A model generated the notes under the pieces. That model was not told the origin of the DNA, did not search any database, and worked only from the letters and a program-made list of their open reading frames with translations. Below, one piece after another: positions 51,380 to 62,141 of a stretch of 64,000 bases of DNA. The DNA comes from Patescibacteria group bacterium (GTDB taxonomy: Bacteria; Patescibacteriota; Microgenomatia; UBA10105; UBA927), in the NCBI GenBank assembly GCA_049322955.1, contig JBMOPU010000012.1, positions 311,032 to 375,031 on the forward strand, given 5' to 3'. Made by a program: the position numbers and the translations under genes. How positions within the stretch are numbered: the stretch's first letter is position 1; each line of letters opens with the position of its first letter.

Positions 51380-54300
51380 TTATGACGATTGTTTTTTGGC
51401 AAACGTTACCTGAAGTTTGTCGCCGACCACATCGATACGGCTTGCTTTCCACTTTTGGTCGATACGACCGTCAAGATGGGTCAATACTAAGTCGTTAAAG
51501 TGATCCAAGCTTTCATGAATGGTTTTTTGCCATGGGCGCGCGAGCATAGGCAGATGAATATTCAGGCTGTCTTTTTGCACCACGAGACCCTTTGCGGGAT
51601 CGGTTGCGAGGGTACCGCTAAACTTTGCCTCTCCCACGATCGTTTTTGCCTTCATATCGGCAAGTTTGACCGTGTCGCCTTCGATCATGATTTTTCCTTC
51701 GGTAATTCTGGCACCGGGAAGCTCCACCGAAGTTTTGACGTAATCCATGAGTTCTCCCGGAGTCAATGCTACTCCTGCGGCATTTTCTCCCGATTTATTT
51801 AACACATAGTTGATGCGGTCTTCGACGCCGCTCGGGAGTTGCTCCGGTGCGGGGGTGGGTTGTTCGGCGGTAACGGGTGTTTCAATAACAGGCGTTTCCT
51901 CGATCGGGAGTGATGATGCAACCGCTTCTGCAGATTTCTCCGATTGTTGTATATTTGCGGTTTCCTGCATGGTAGGTGTTTCAGATTGAACCGTGTTTTC
52001 TGCGGCGGCAATCCCCGTTGTTGTTGGTGCTTCTTCAATGACCGGTTGCTCAACCGGTTGTTCTCCCGCAAGCGTCGTTAGCTCATCTCTTGGTGTTTCC
52101 GGAACCGGTTGGGTTGCCTCAACGATTTTCGGTGCGGCTTCTTTGGCAAATGCCTCGACATCAGTGAGTGCCCGCATATTTGCTTCCAGCATGTTCATGT
52201 CAGTTATTATGACCTGTCCGTCGGTGATTTCATAGGATATCCCCAAGGTATCCATCGTTCGCTTAAAGTAGGCATCAAACCGTTCGGGATTGGTGGTTTT
52301 CAGCGTGGGATACATATTGGCGTACATGTTGGAAAGATGCGTCTGTAACTGATCCTTTGAATAGGTTTCACTTGCCCGTTTTGCCATATCTTCCCAGGTC
52401 ATATCTTTATAAACCTCATTTGTCTGATACGGAGTCTCGGGATCAGCACTTCCAAGCTGTTGCAAATGCGCGTAGACGGTTTCGGTTGGATCGATGGTGG
52501 CCGTCATGGTAGGTAGTACCGTGGTGGTATCGCTACTGCCGCGCGCCGTATGAATCATCCATGCCATCTCACGATCCTCCGCAATCCTGGTGTCGGGGTT
52601 ATATCCGCCGACGGCCGCGAGACTTCCCGCTTTTGTGGCAATATTACCGCTATAAACCCCCGGAACACCTGCGGTATCCCCATGGCGAACCAGACTATCC
52701 ATCAATTCAAATGCCCGATGCTGGGCAAAAAGAAGCGGGAACTCTTCATAGGCTTTTTGGGGAAGCTCATAACTTCCGCTCACCATATCCAGTGACGGAT
52801 TCTGATCAAATGCATCTACGGCACTTGCGATATACGTCTCGGCGATGGTGTTGCCTGTGCCGTTATCGGCGATGACGGCAACATCGGAAGCATCGGTGGG
52901 AAGTGTTGCGATACGGGACAGGGCAACATTTGTTACATCCCGTTTCACCCGACCTGACGTGGGTGCTTCCTGATAGGAATGGGTAAGATATAAGACGCGC
53001 ATTTCCGGATGGTCTGCGATAAACCTCGTAACTTCCGATTTTGTATCGCCGGGAAGCGTCTCACTGACGGTGCCGTCGGGGGAGGCGACGTGCGCGTCAA
53101 AGACGATAAATTCCGTTTTTTCAGGAGCAAGCGGCGTGCCGTCGGTTGCCTTTTGTCCGACATACCGTGATAAGCGCTGGTAAATATTGCCGCCTGCCTG
53201 TGATACGGGAATCGTCACCACTGCGCGAACATCGGGGTTCATCGGGGGTAAGTCACCCGTCAGTAATTGTTCGACTGTAGTAATTTCGTCGGGAGTGAGC
53301 GTCGAAAGATACCAGGCCACTTCTTCCTGCTGGTGTAATGTTGCCTGCGGATTTTCCGTAAGCCGCGGGGATTTTCGGGTTTCCATGGATTCCCGGGTCA
53401 CATAGGAACTTTCCATACCGAATGGGCTTAAAAGCGTCTCGCCCGGTTTCATTTTTGCTTCGATAATTTCTCCGGTAGCCGCTTCGAGTACTTCACGATA
53501 CGGGATAAATACGGGGTACCAAGGTGCCTCCGGTGCCCCCGCTTCGCGGGCAATAGTAGTTACCGTCTCGGTAACGGGAACGGTGAGTTCTTTGGCAAAA
53601 ATTTGTCCCGGTTGATCTTCTCCGTAGACATAATTCAGCGTAAGCTGGTGAATCGGCACCGATGTTTCTGCCGCCGAAGGCACGACCGTATGAACGGTCT
53701 GCTCTGCATTACTCGCGCCGAGTTTCTCAAGAAGCGGAGCGAGTTCCTGTTGGGTAGGAAGGTCGCTATCCCGTCCGAAATAGCCCATGCGCAGTAACAA
53801 CGCTTCCACCTTATCGTCCTGTGATCCCGTTTCCAGCGTATGAAGCGCTTCCATCGGGGCTTTGCCGCTTTCGATGAGCGATTGGTAATGCGTGATTGCC
53901 GCATCATTCATTTCGCTGATGTGTTTTATGGCATCCGCGCTAAACAGTTCCCGCGGTACGTGAATGGTGGCATCCTGAGGAATCCTGGCCAAATCCAATT
54001 CCTGTACCTGGGTGTCGCCGAAGGTTGCCGGTCGCAGATGTTCGTTTATGTAGTTTTCGTGACTGCCCTCCGGAACCGTAATATTGGCGTTATGCTCGTT
54101 ATAGGTGTACAGGCGAAACATGTTTTTAACGCTGTTTGCCGTAGCGATTCTGTTATCACCCTCCGCTTGGTTTAAGAAATGATCCCATAATCCGCCTTCC
54201 TTGAGGTTGGACGCTTTGATGTCGATCATGGGCCCCGTCGGGGAGCTCGTCTCAACAAATGGTGCCGTCGTATTCGATTCAAGCGCAACCGTGTGATGGA

Positions 54301-57199
54301 GCGGTGTGGTTATCTCATACCCCTGTTTGGCCAGATCTGCTTTCAAATTGGCAATATCGACGGGTTGCCCCAGTAATTCTCCCTTATCGGAAATATTAAC
54401 GGTGGCGATCACGTGATCTTTGGTATCGAGAATTTGCCAGTTATGTGCGCTTTCAATGTATTTCATGTCATAGCCGTCAGGAAGCGATGCCGTGATCGGT
54501 GTGCCGTTTGGCGCGGTAAGATGAGGGATCTGCACCACATCGTGAGCACTGGTGATAACCTCTCCCGCTTTGTGCGGCTCGGAGACCGTCATCCCCAGTT
54601 TTTCCAGCGTCGACTTGAGCTGTTCGTCAGTGAGATTTGTGCCGATGACATGATCCGATTGCCCGTTAACGTTTTCGGCAAGAGAAAGATCAATTTTCGC
54701 GTCATACAATGTTTGTCCGTTCTCGACGTGCTGAGTAAGCGTTAGCTCTTTCGGAATCTGGTACGTCGCATGATCTAAGGTAACGGTGTGTTCCGCCGTC
54801 GGCGTGGAAAGCGGAATCTTGGCGACGTGTTCTGTTGTTTCCGTGGTTGCGTGCACCTCGCCCAAACTGCCTAATGCGTGTAATGTGCCGCCGATGGCCG
54901 CGCCTATGACGCCCGCTTTGACGCCGTATTTAACGGCCTCAATGCGCGCCTCGCTTTTGAACTCCTCCATAATCGCATCAAGCCCCATGGCTTTCTGTTC
55001 GTCGGTGAGCGATGCTCCCGCAAAAGGCCAACGTCGCTTTATGATTGCCGCCTCCGGTGCATACGATGCCACAAGATTGAGCGTCGCTTTAATCGGATCG
55101 TCCTGTGATTCCAGCGCGTTCACTCCTTCACGAAGTATCTGCGTTTGACCGGTGGTCAGTTTGACCATGAAATCGGGGAATGCATTGCCTCCGAGTACTC
55201 CCTCCGCCTGTTCGGCATGACCGGATAAATAGGTTTCGAGGTCTCCTAACGCTTTGTTTGCGGTGATATCGAGTGCCGCCCGTTCACTTTCGATAGCCTC
55301 CCTATTTGAAAATCGGATGAGACCGACACGTTTTGGACCCGTTTCACTGACCGCTTTTCTTGCGTGGAGATCAGCCACGGTCGCAAACGCACTGCGGAGT
55401 TCATCGTCCGTCAGGGTCGCTTTGATCTGATCGCCGTCGTATAGAGTGGACTTGAGCGTCGTTATCATTTCGGATGCAGAGCGTTGTTGTACGGCAAATT
55501 TTTCAAACCATGCGCGTTTCTTCTGTGCTTCGGTAAATGTCGCTCCCGATTCCTTTTCACGAAGGTGAGTCAAATAGTCACGGTGCAATTGTCCGTATTC
55601 GCGCCATCCGGCAAATGCTCCTCCCGCGGCGCTTCCCGTAAGAAGTGCCAACGGTCCCACTCGAAACGGCATGGTTTTGACAAAGTTAAGTGCTGAAAGT
55701 GCGATAGCGACGCCCGAACCGATGGTCGCTTCGTTAAAGACCAGGGGAACCAAGACATGCTTCTTATTCAGCCAATCTGCTATTTCGCGAATCTGTCCGA
55801 CGCCTTTTTCGACGGCGGTCGGTTCCATGCTCGTGACTTCTCCCATGGCGCCCAGTCCCAGCCGGATTTGCATGCTATCTATCGCCTCGTCCAAATTGGC
55901 GAGTCCGCCTTCGTGAGACATCTTTGTGCGGAGGGTTTCTGCCGCATCAAAAAGACTCGAACTATATAGTTCTGCTTCAGCAAAAATATCAGGGCGGGTA
56001 TTTTTTAGCGTCGCATTGAAGAATTCTTTTGCTCGTTTGTCGAATTCTTCTTTGGTCGTAATGCCGCCGCTTGCGTACTCTTTGAGTAACGATTGTATGC
56101 CGGAAACAAGGGGAGCATGATCGGCGTTTTCCGGGTCCAATATCTCCAATTTTTCGCCGAGTTGCTTTCTGATAAACTGATCCGCCTTTTCCATGTCGGC
56201 ACCGAATCGCATGCGTACCGCTTTGGCTTCCCGTTCAAATGTTTCCCGGCCTTTGATTTCTCCGGCGGCTTTCATGGCGCCCATTTCTTCAAGTGCCATT
56301 GTTTGTACTGCGGTTCGCATCCCTAACTTGTCTTTCAGCCAGTCCACCGCACGGGTTCCCGCGCGAACAAGGAAGTTGGAATCGGCGAGTTTTTTATCGT
56401 ATGCGGCTTTGGCTCTCGCTTCTGCGAGACGGATCGCGTCTTCGGCAAACGGTGTTTCGGCCGCAATCAGGAGATCATGGTAATATTGCCGGGCTTTTTC
56501 ATGGAAATAAATACCCCCGACGGATTGTTTCCAGATAGTGGTAAAGATCAGTTCATGGAGCCCGTGCACGGAATCCTTGGTTTTTTCCCATAACGTTTTC
56601 GTCGCATCCGCGTGTTCTTGCGAACGGGGAGTGACCATTTTTTGCATGCTCCGGTCGGCAAGATCAACCGCGCGTGTTTCGTAGGCCTTAAGACCCACGA
56701 TCGTTATCGTGTTGGGATCTTCGGTAAGGCTCTCTAACACGTTTCTTGCCTCTTTTGTGGGCAATACGGGGGGAGTTTCCGGAAGGGTAAGTTTGGGTTC
56801 GGGTGCTATCGGTTCGACCGCTTGTTCTCCCGGTACTTCCGCAAAAGGTGTTAAGGATAGCTCGCTTTTGCCGATGACATGATTGGCGCCCGTTTCATCG
56901 GTCCATTGGAGACCGGAAATTTTATCCCACGATACTTCGTCAAAATCGTTGAGATTCGTAAGCGGCTTATCGACCATGAGCCCTTCTTCACCCTTTTTGC
57001 GACTTGCTTCCGAAACAAGCGGCACGATGCTTCCTACGCCGTCATTGGCGCGCTTTTCAGCCGGCAGAACGGTCACCGAGGTGATCTCCTGTTCACCGAT
57101 CTTAACGGGAGTGGCAAGATGAATCGGCGTTTCTCCCACGATGACCGACTGCGGGAGCAGTGTTTCCGGATGCGGTTGTTGAGGAATCGGTTCGGTCAT
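51380..57199 (-). CDS. Giant (1939 aa) hypothetical membrane-associated protein
   Basis: Single continuous ORF; hydrophobic segments near residues ~480-560 and ~790-820 (ATIGSGVAIALSALNF; VKAGVIGAAIGGTLHALG); the remainder is charged/Ala-rich helical; a weak GT-A-like ...GGYNPDTRIAEDREMAWMI block near the C-terminal third; last gene of a co-directional operon. Confidence 0.7.
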   Translation of the reverse strand: MTEPIPQQPHPETLLPQSVIVGETPIHLATPVKIGEQEITSVTVLPAEKRANDGVGSIVPLVSEASRKKGEEGLMVDKPLTNLNDFDEVSWDKISGLQWTDETGANHVIGKSELSLTPFAEVPGEQAVEPIAPEPKLTLPETPPVLPTKEARNVLESLTEDPNTITIVGLKAYETRAVDLADRSMQKMVTPRSQEHADATKTLWEKTKDSVHGLHELIFTTIWKQSVGGIYFHEKARQYYHDLLIAAETPFAEDAIRLAEARAKAAYDKKLADSNFLVRAGTRAVDWLKDKLGMRTAVQTMALEEMGAMKAAGEIKGRETFEREAKAVRMRFGADMEKADQFIRKQLGEKLEILDPENADHAPLVSGIQSLLKEYASGGITTKEEFDKRAKEFFNATLKNTRPDIFAEAELYSSSLFDAAETLRTKMSHEGGLANLDEAIDSMQIRLGLGAMGEVTSMEPTAVEKGVGQIREIADWLNKKHVLVPLVFNEATIGSGVAIALSALNFVKTMPFRVGPLALLTGSAAGGAFAGWREYGQLHRDYLTHLREKESGATFTEAQKKRAWFEKFAVQQRSASEMITTLKSTLYDGDQIKATLTDDELRSAFATVADLHARKAVSETGPKRVGLIRFSNREAIESERAALDITANKALGDLETYLSGHAEQAEGVLGGNAFPDFMVKLTTGQTQILREGVNALESQDDPIKATLNLVASYAPEAAIIKRRWPFAGASLTDEQKAMGLDAIMEEFKSEARIEAVKYGVKAGVIGAAIGGTLHALGSLGEVHATTETTEHVAKIPLSTPTAEHTVTLDHATYQIPKELTLTQHVENGQTLYDAKIDLSLAENVNGQSDHVIGTNLTDEQLKSTLEKLGMTVSEPHKAGEVITSAHDVVQIPHLTAPNGTPITASLPDGYDMKYIESAHNWQILDTKDHVIATVNISDKGELLGQPVDIANLKADLAKQGYEITTPLHHTVALESNTTAPFVETSSPTGPMIDIKASNLKEGGLWDHFLNQAEGDNRIATANSVKNMFRLYTYNEHNANITVPEGSHENYINEHLRPATFGDTQVQELDLARIPQDATIHVPRELFSADAIKHISEMNDAAITHYQSLIESGKAPMEALHTLETGSQDDKVEALLLRMGYFGRDSDLPTQQELAPLLEKLGASNAEQTVHTVVPSAAETSVPIHQLTLNYVYGEDQPGQIFAKELTVPVTETVTTIAREAGAPEAPWYPVFIPYREVLEAATGEIIEAKMKPGETLLSPFGMESSYVTRESMETRKSPRLTENPQATLHQQEEVAWYLSTLTPDEITTVEQLLTGDLPPMNPDVRAVVTIPVSQAGGNIYQRLSRYVGQKATDGTPLAPEKTEFIVFDAHVASPDGTVSETLPGDTKSEVTRFIADHPEMRVLYLTHSYQEAPTSGRVKRDVTNVALSRIATLPTDASDVAVIADNGTGNTIAETYIASAVDAFDQNPSLDMVSGSYELPQKAYEEFPLLFAQHRAFELMDSLVRHGDTAGVPGVYSGNIATKAGSLAAVGGYNPDTRIAEDREMAWMIHTARGSSDTTTVLPTMTATIDPTETVYAHLQQLGSADPETPYQTNEVYKDMTWEDMAKRASETYSKDQLQTHLSNMYANMYPTLKTTNPERFDAYFKRTMDTLGISYEITDGQVIITDMNMLEANMRALTDVEAFAKEAAPKIVEATQPVPETPRDELTTLAGEQPVEQPVIEEAPTTTGIAAAENTVQSETPTMQETANIQQSEKSAEAVASSLPIEETPVIETPVTAEQPTPAPEQLPSGVEDRINYVLNKSGENAAGVALTPGELMDYVKTSVELPGARITEGKIMIEGDTVKLADMKAKTIVGEAKFSGTLATDPAKGLVVQKDSLNIHLPMLARPWQKTIHESLDHFNDLVLTHLDGRIDQKWKASRIDVVGDKLQVTFAKKQSS

Positions 57200-57200
57200 A

Positions 57201-57683
57201 TCAGTTCGATGAATCTTCCGCTCCTAAATACAGGGAACGAAAATCGGCAAAAATCTGGGCAACCAGGATATCGGGTTCCTTGACGTAGGTATTGATAAAC
57301 GTTTGCACCTGTTCCGGCGCGGGATTTGTTTTAATCAGATCGGAAAGCTTACCTACTGCCGTAGGATCAGCCGCACTTACCATCTCAATCGTCCGAAGGG
57401 TTAGATATTGATTCAATCTGTCGGTAAGTTCCCGTTTAATATCGGCATGCGTGGCGTCATCCAGAGGCGTGGCGGCAAATTTTTTGGCAATAAGTTCATC
57501 CACAAAGGATTCCATGGCAGAGGAAGAAACATCCATATAACCACAGTAGGTGACCGTGAGTATGGTGTCAAGGAGGCCACTACTATAAAGGAAGAGGTCA
57601 AAAAACATCAAAAAGAATCTGGTCGGGGAGAGATTGATATAGTCTTTTGGTTCACGGACAATATGCCGTTTATTTGCCGGCAC
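57201..57683 (-). CDS. Hypothetical protein (operon with giant protein)
   Basis: 160-aa ORF; its stop is 1 nt from the start of the giant gene. Confidence 0.45.
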   Translation of the reverse strand: MPANKRHIVREPKDYINLSPTRFFLMFFDLFLYSSGLLDTILTVTYCGYMDVSSSAMESFVDELIAKKFAATPLDDATHADIKRELTDRLNQYLTLRTIEMVSAADPTAVGKLSDLIKTNPAPEQVQTFINTYVKEPDILVAQIFADFRSLYLGAEDSSN

Positions 57684-58098
57684 GCTTCTTCACCGCGTTC
57701 CAAACGCGTGTCGGGGTTACCGTAAGTTTTTCAAGGTCCTCCTCGGATGTCTGAAAGATGGTAAATGTCCGGAGCAGTTTGAGTGCCCGTTTATGGAGCG
57801 GTTGGTGGGTTTCACCTTTTGTCCGAACGTGCGTGAGGGGGATCACCACCCGTTTTGCCCCCTTAGCGATTGCATGCGCCGCGCCGAACGGAATGCATGC
57901 ATCCGCATCCGCACCGTGAAGAACGACGATCGCGTTGTCCACATCCCGCATGGCGGTATGGTACGCGGGATCATGGACGTCCTGTGCCACGTACCAGCCG
58001 TCCTGCTCGCAGGACCTCGCATGTTGGTCCTGATCGGCAAACTCACCCTTGCCGATGAACAATCTGGTCACGCGTGTTTCTTTTCGGTATCCGCTCAT
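57670..58098 (-). CDS. Hypothetical protein, possibly nucleoside 2-deoxyribosyltransferase-like (Rossmann-like) fold
   Basis: DVDNAIVVLHGADADACIPFGAAHAIAKGAKRVVIPL is weakly reminiscent of NDT/YtoQ-like proteins. Confidence 0.4.
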   Translation of the reverse strand: MSGYRKETRVTRLFIGKGEFADQDQHARSCEQDGWYVAQDVHDPAYHTAMRDVDNAIVVLHGADADACIPFGAAHAIAKGAKRVVIPLTHVRTKGETHQPLHKRALKLLRTFTIFQTSEEDLEKLTVTPTRVWNAVKKRAGK

Positions 58099-58149
58099 AG
58101 GTGAAGAAAACTACATCCTAATACACTGTATTATATCAATCTGGTGTGG

Positions 58150-58593
58150 TTAGGAGGATGATGAAGCGGATTTCGTGGACTTGGATGTGCCGGTCCATAC
58201 TAATTTGACATTCCCCGTAATCACCCGGTCCGCAAGCTCTTGCGCCGCTTTATACTGACCGTTTTTTATAAGATTGCTTACCTGGGCAATCGCCGGCTTT
58301 GTGACGCCTTCCTCGTAATCACGAAGGTAGGGGACGATAATATGCGAAATCTCGGAAAAATTATCATCAAGGTGCGGTAAGGTTTTGTAAATCTCCTCAA
58401 GCGACATGCCGGGTTTTAGCCGATCAAGCACAAGTTGGGCAAGAGCCTGTGCACGATCTTCCGTCATTTCCTCGGCTTCCACTTTGGATTTAATAAGATC
58501 CACGATATCCGCCTCTATTTGTTCGCGAATGTCATCAGGAGACATAGATTTTTTTGTCGTTCCGGCCTGCGAGCCGGAATCCATTGATGTCAA
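58150..58593 (-). CDS. Hypothetical acidic protein
   Basis: 147-aa ORF, same operon. Confidence 0.4.
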   Translation of the reverse strand: MTSMDSGSQAGTTKKSMSPDDIREQIEADIVDLIKSKVEAEEMTEDRAQALAQLVLDRLKPGMSLEEIYKTLPHLDDNFSEISHIIVPYLRDYEEGVTKPAIAQVSNLIKNGQYKAAQELADRVITGNVKLVWTGTSKSTKSASSSS

Positions 58594-58668
58594 TCAGTGG
58601 AAGGCGGGGCAAGCGAGAAATTATGATACAGACTCTTGATTTTAGTATCTGTTATTTCGAAACCCGGA

Positions 58669-59559
58669 TCAAGTGGGAGTGGCCGGAGGCGGCGTATCCT
58701 GCTGACGGCTTAACCCGTATCGCTCGGCCGTTGATCTGCCTTGGTGCGAAGGATAGGCAGGCTGGAAATTAGTGATGAGTTGTTCAATTGCCTGCGGGAC
58801 GGCGCCGTACAGAATGCGCAACCGCTCCTCATGGGTGAGGTGTCCCCAAGTTTTGTACTCATGGACGAGGGTCGGCGGCTCGTCGGGGTTCGTTTGGATA
58901 TAGGTACGAAGCGGCGATTCAGTATCAAAAAGTTCGACCGTATCGTTGACGAACGATATACCGCTTGCGGATCTTAAGACGGAATCCGGGCCGTGGCGGC
59001 GGACAAATTCCTGGACGTCCTGGATGGTGAACGGTTTCATTTTGACGGCGGTGCGTACCAGCACTGTGGTCGGGTGCACCGTCGGATCCGTCATATCGAT
59101 GGCGGTAAGCGCGGTACAAAGCTCGGTATTTTTGCCCGACAGTCCCATGGCCCCGTTGACCCGATCGGACATCCACTGAGCGATATTTTTCGGTTTTTCA
59201 TTAACGACCGCGGTATCGTCAAAAATATCTTTGTCATAGGTGATGTTGATGGTGTCGGAATAAATACGGATGATACGGTCGCCTTCCGTGTGGACGTCTC
59301 CCGCATGTCCGGTTTCGACGGTGCCGTTTATGTAGCTTCGGACCATGAGGGCGGAGATATCCTGCATGGCTTTTCGTTCCGCCATTTCAAGCGGCCATTC
59401 GGCAACATTCATATTGACGGGTTTTCTGATGATGTCTTCGGTAAAGTGGGGTAACACTTGGTGCACCCTGTCCGCACCTAATAGGGATGCAAAAGCGTTG
59501 GTGCGTGCCGGTGATGAGGTGACGATATGAAAATGAATTGGTCTCTCTGTGTTTGTCAT
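58669..59559 (-). CDS. Maf-like (Maf/Ham1 nucleotide pyrophosphatase superfamily) protein with C-terminal extension
   Basis: N-terminal IVTSSPARTNAFASLLG aligns with Maf lvLASGSPRRrELL; downstream DT...KP...LSGK...H.V.T pattern matches; about 100 extra C-terminal residues. Confidence 0.55.
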   Translation of the reverse strand: MTNTERPIHFHIVTSSPARTNAFASLLGADRVHQVLPHFTEDIIRKPVNMNVAEWPLEMAERKAMQDISALMVRSYINGTVETGHAGDVHTEGDRIIRIYSDTINITYDKDIFDDTAVVNEKPKNIAQWMSDRVNGAMGLSGKNTELCTALTAIDMTDPTVHPTTVLVRTAVKMKPFTIQDVQEFVRRHGPDSVLRSASGISFVNDTVELFDTESPLRTYIQTNPDEPPTLVHEYKTWGHLTHEERLRILYGAVPQAIEQLITNFQPAYPSHQGRSTAERYGLSRQQDTPPPATPT

Positions 59560-59805
59560 TTCCCGAAAAATAAAAAAATAACCGTGCGCGTTATTTTTAT
59601 GACTGCGGTCGTGGGCAGAGTGACCTTATGAAAGAACACTCTCTTTATACATGCAGGGCACGGATAACGGTCAACTGGGAACAAACGAGAGTATCTATAT
59701 CAAAGTGGCCCAATTTTATAAAAGGAAGGTGATTCACTGAAAAATCCTGTAATTCCTGCATGTCCCACTGGTCAAGAATACCGTTGGCTGGTACTATAAG
59801 AGCCT

Positions 59806-61089
59806 ATGAATACCACACCCCACACCCGCGAGCTTTTACCAAACGGCACCCGACTGATTCTCGTTCCCATGGAAGGGGTGGGAAGTATTGCCACGGCGGT
59901 GATGGTCGGTGTGGGAAGCCGATACGAGACACCGCAAAACAACGGAATATCGCATTTTTTGGAGCACATGGTGTTTAAAGGGACGCAAAAATATCCGACG
60001 ACCGACGACGTCAACAGTATTGAACGCGCGGGGGGACTCCAAAATGCCTATACCGATATCGATGTCACGAATTATCACAATAAAGTGGTGAGTGAGGACT
60101 GGCATTTGGCGCTGGAGATCAATAAAGAACTTGCCGTCAATCCGCGACTTCCCGAAGAATGGGTAGATAAGGAACGCGATGTCATTTTGGAGGAAATGAA
60201 GCGGTATGAAGACGAGCCGGCGAGCAAAGTGGAGGAAGCGTATCATGCGCTCCTGTACCCCGACACCAAACTCGGCATGCGCACCATCGGTGAGGTAAAA
60301 AGTTTGATGAGTGTCGGAGCCAAAGAACTCCGTTCCTATCACGATACCTGGTATGCTCCTGAGCGCACGACCGTGATTCTTGCGGGCAATGTCACCCCGT
60401 ATCGTGATGCCATCACCGCACAGGTGACCGAATGGTTCGGCGCACTTCCCGCGAAAAAAACGGGTGACTTCGAGCGGGTGACGCCGCAACAGAAAGCACC
60501 GCAACTGACCGTGGTGACGAAACCCGATGCGGCGCAGGCGCATCTTATCGTCGGACTTCGTGGTTTTGCCCGTGATAGCGAAGACCGATTTGCCTGGAGC
60601 CTATTTAATCTGATTATGGGCGTTTCCTTTACTTCACGGTTGTTTAAGGAAATTCGCGAAAAGCGGGGGCTTTGCTATCACGTCAGAAGTGGGAGTAGCT
60701 CGTATGCCGATGTCGGCAGTTGGGACATCTATGCCGGTGTTGCGACTGAGAAAGTGGGGGAGACGACGAAGGCAATTATGGAAGAACTCGCCAAGGCAAA
60801 AGACGGGGGAGTAACCGACGAAGAACTGGTCGTTGCAAAAAAGCGGTTAAAGACCATCCTCGCATTCAAAAGCGAAGATCCCGAATTCTGGACGGAATGG
60901 TACGGCAGAAGCGATGTTTTCGGCATGCCGCTGATGACGCTTGAAGACTATATCAAAAAAGTAGAAATGGTAACAAAAGAAGACATCCATGCGTTGATTA
61001 CGAAATACTTCGTGACCAACAACCTCAACATGGCCGTCGTGTGGAATAAGCCAAGGGACGAGAGCTTGATTGCGTTGCTGTCAGTATAA
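59806..61089 (+). CDS. M16-family zinc peptidase (insulinase-like)
   Basis: Inverted zinc motif HFLEHMVFKGT (HxxEH) and downstream E...E; 427 aa. Confidence 0.85.
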   Translation: MNTTPHTRELLPNGTRLILVPMEGVGSIATAVMVGVGSRYETPQNNGISHFLEHMVFKGTQKYPTTDDVNSIERAGGLQNAYTDIDVTNYHNKVVSEDWHLALEINKELAVNPRLPEEWVDKERDVILEEMKRYEDEPASKVEEAYHALLYPDTKLGMRTIGEVKSLMSVGAKELRSYHDTWYAPERTTVILAGNVTPYRDAITAQVTEWFGALPAKKTGDFERVTPQQKAPQLTVVTKPDAAQAHLIVGLRGFARDSEDRFAWSLFNLIMGVSFTSRLFKEIREKRGLCYHVRSGSSSYADVGSWDIYAGVATEKVGETTKAIMEELAKAKDGGVTDEELVVAKKRLKTILAFKSEDPEFWTEWYGRSDVFGMPLMTLEDYIKKVEMVTKEDIHALITKYFVTNNLNMAVVWNKPRDESLIALLSV

Positions 61090-61122
61090 CGATTCTCTTC
61101 TTTGTCTGAGATCTCTACATCG

Positions 61123-61461
61123 CTACCCTGTAGTGTCAAAAAGTACACCTCGGTGCTCGGAAAGCCCGGGAACCAGAGATTCAAGTGCTTCAAAAAACGG
61201 GAGTTGTGCAGATCGCCCTACATGCATACCGGCGATATTAAAATTGTTCCAAGCCTTTCGGAGCGAGTCGCGATCGGTGCCCTGCGGCATCGGGACGGAC
61301 ACAAGTAATTCGCCGGTGGACAGCGGTCGCCGCTGGATTTCCAAAAACGCCCCTGGCTTTTCGGGATAAACCGCCGTGACGATAATATAATTGTCCTTTG
61401 GATGTTCCGCTCGTGCTCGTCTCATAGTGCGGATCATAGGCACCCCGAGCGTAAATGTCAA
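61123..61461 (-). CDS. Hypothetical protein
   Basis: 112-aa ORF. Confidence 0.35.
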   Translation of the reverse strand: MTFTLGVPMIRTMRRARAEHPKDNYIIVTAVYPEKPGAFLEIQRRPLSTGELLVSVPMPQGTDRDSLRKAWNNFNIAGMHVGRSAQLPFFEALESLVPGLSEHRGVLFDTTG

Positions 61462-61508
61462 ATTTTTCCCCTTGACCGATCTTGTACTATAGGTTACAAT
61501 GACCTCCT

Positions 61509-62141
61509 GTGCAGCCTACCATTTTAGGCATCATCGGCAAACCTCTCGCCGGCAAAGACACACAAGCCGATCTTCTTGTCGCAGCCCATCCCGAAGCGGT
61601 CAAAATATCAACCGGACACATTATCCGTGCCGTGCGTGAAGAAGGGGAAACCCATCGCTTTTGGCCGGTACTGGAGCCGTATCTTTCCATGATGGAACAG
61701 GGACTAAAGCTTCCCGACGAGCCCATCCTGCAGATGCTTCGTGATGTGGTGCGCGAACAGGTTGCGGAAGGGAAAAAACTCATCGTGATTGCCGGTTCAC
61801 CCCGCAGTTTCGAACAGCTGGACGGATTTCGCGCCATCGCGGAAGAAACCGGCAGTAAGCTGATGCTGATGCACCTCGATGCCACCAATCAGGAAACGTA
61901 TCGGCGAAGCGCGCTTCGGAACGAAGGCCGCATTGACGATACCCCCGCGGTGCATGCGGTACGCCTTGCCGAATACGAAACGCATGTGCGTCCCGTCTAT
62001 GAGGCGCTCCAGAGTTCGGGAGCGATTATCGAAATTGACGGTATGCGCCCCGTTGAGGAAATATTCCGACGCGTGGAGCAGGAAGTCCGTCGGAGAACCT
62101 TTGAGCCCGAAACATCGCTTCCCGCGATGGCGAAGCGCTGA
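61509..62141 (+). CDS. Adenylate kinase-like nucleoside monophosphate kinase
   Basis: P-loop GIIGKPLAGKDTQ (cf. Adk GAPGSGKGTQ), IVIAGSPR (cf. LLDGFPR), GRIDD (cf. GRxDD). Confidence 0.65.
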   Translation: MQPTILGIIGKPLAGKDTQADLLVAAHPEAVKISTGHIIRAVREEGETHRFWPVLEPYLSMMEQGLKLPDEPILQMLRDVVREQVAEGKKLIVIAGSPRSFEQLDGFRAIAEETGSKLMLMHLDATNQETYRRSALRNEGRIDDTPAVHAVRLAEYETHVRPVYEALQSSGAIIEIDGMRPVEEIFRRVEQEVRRRTFEPETSLPAMAKR

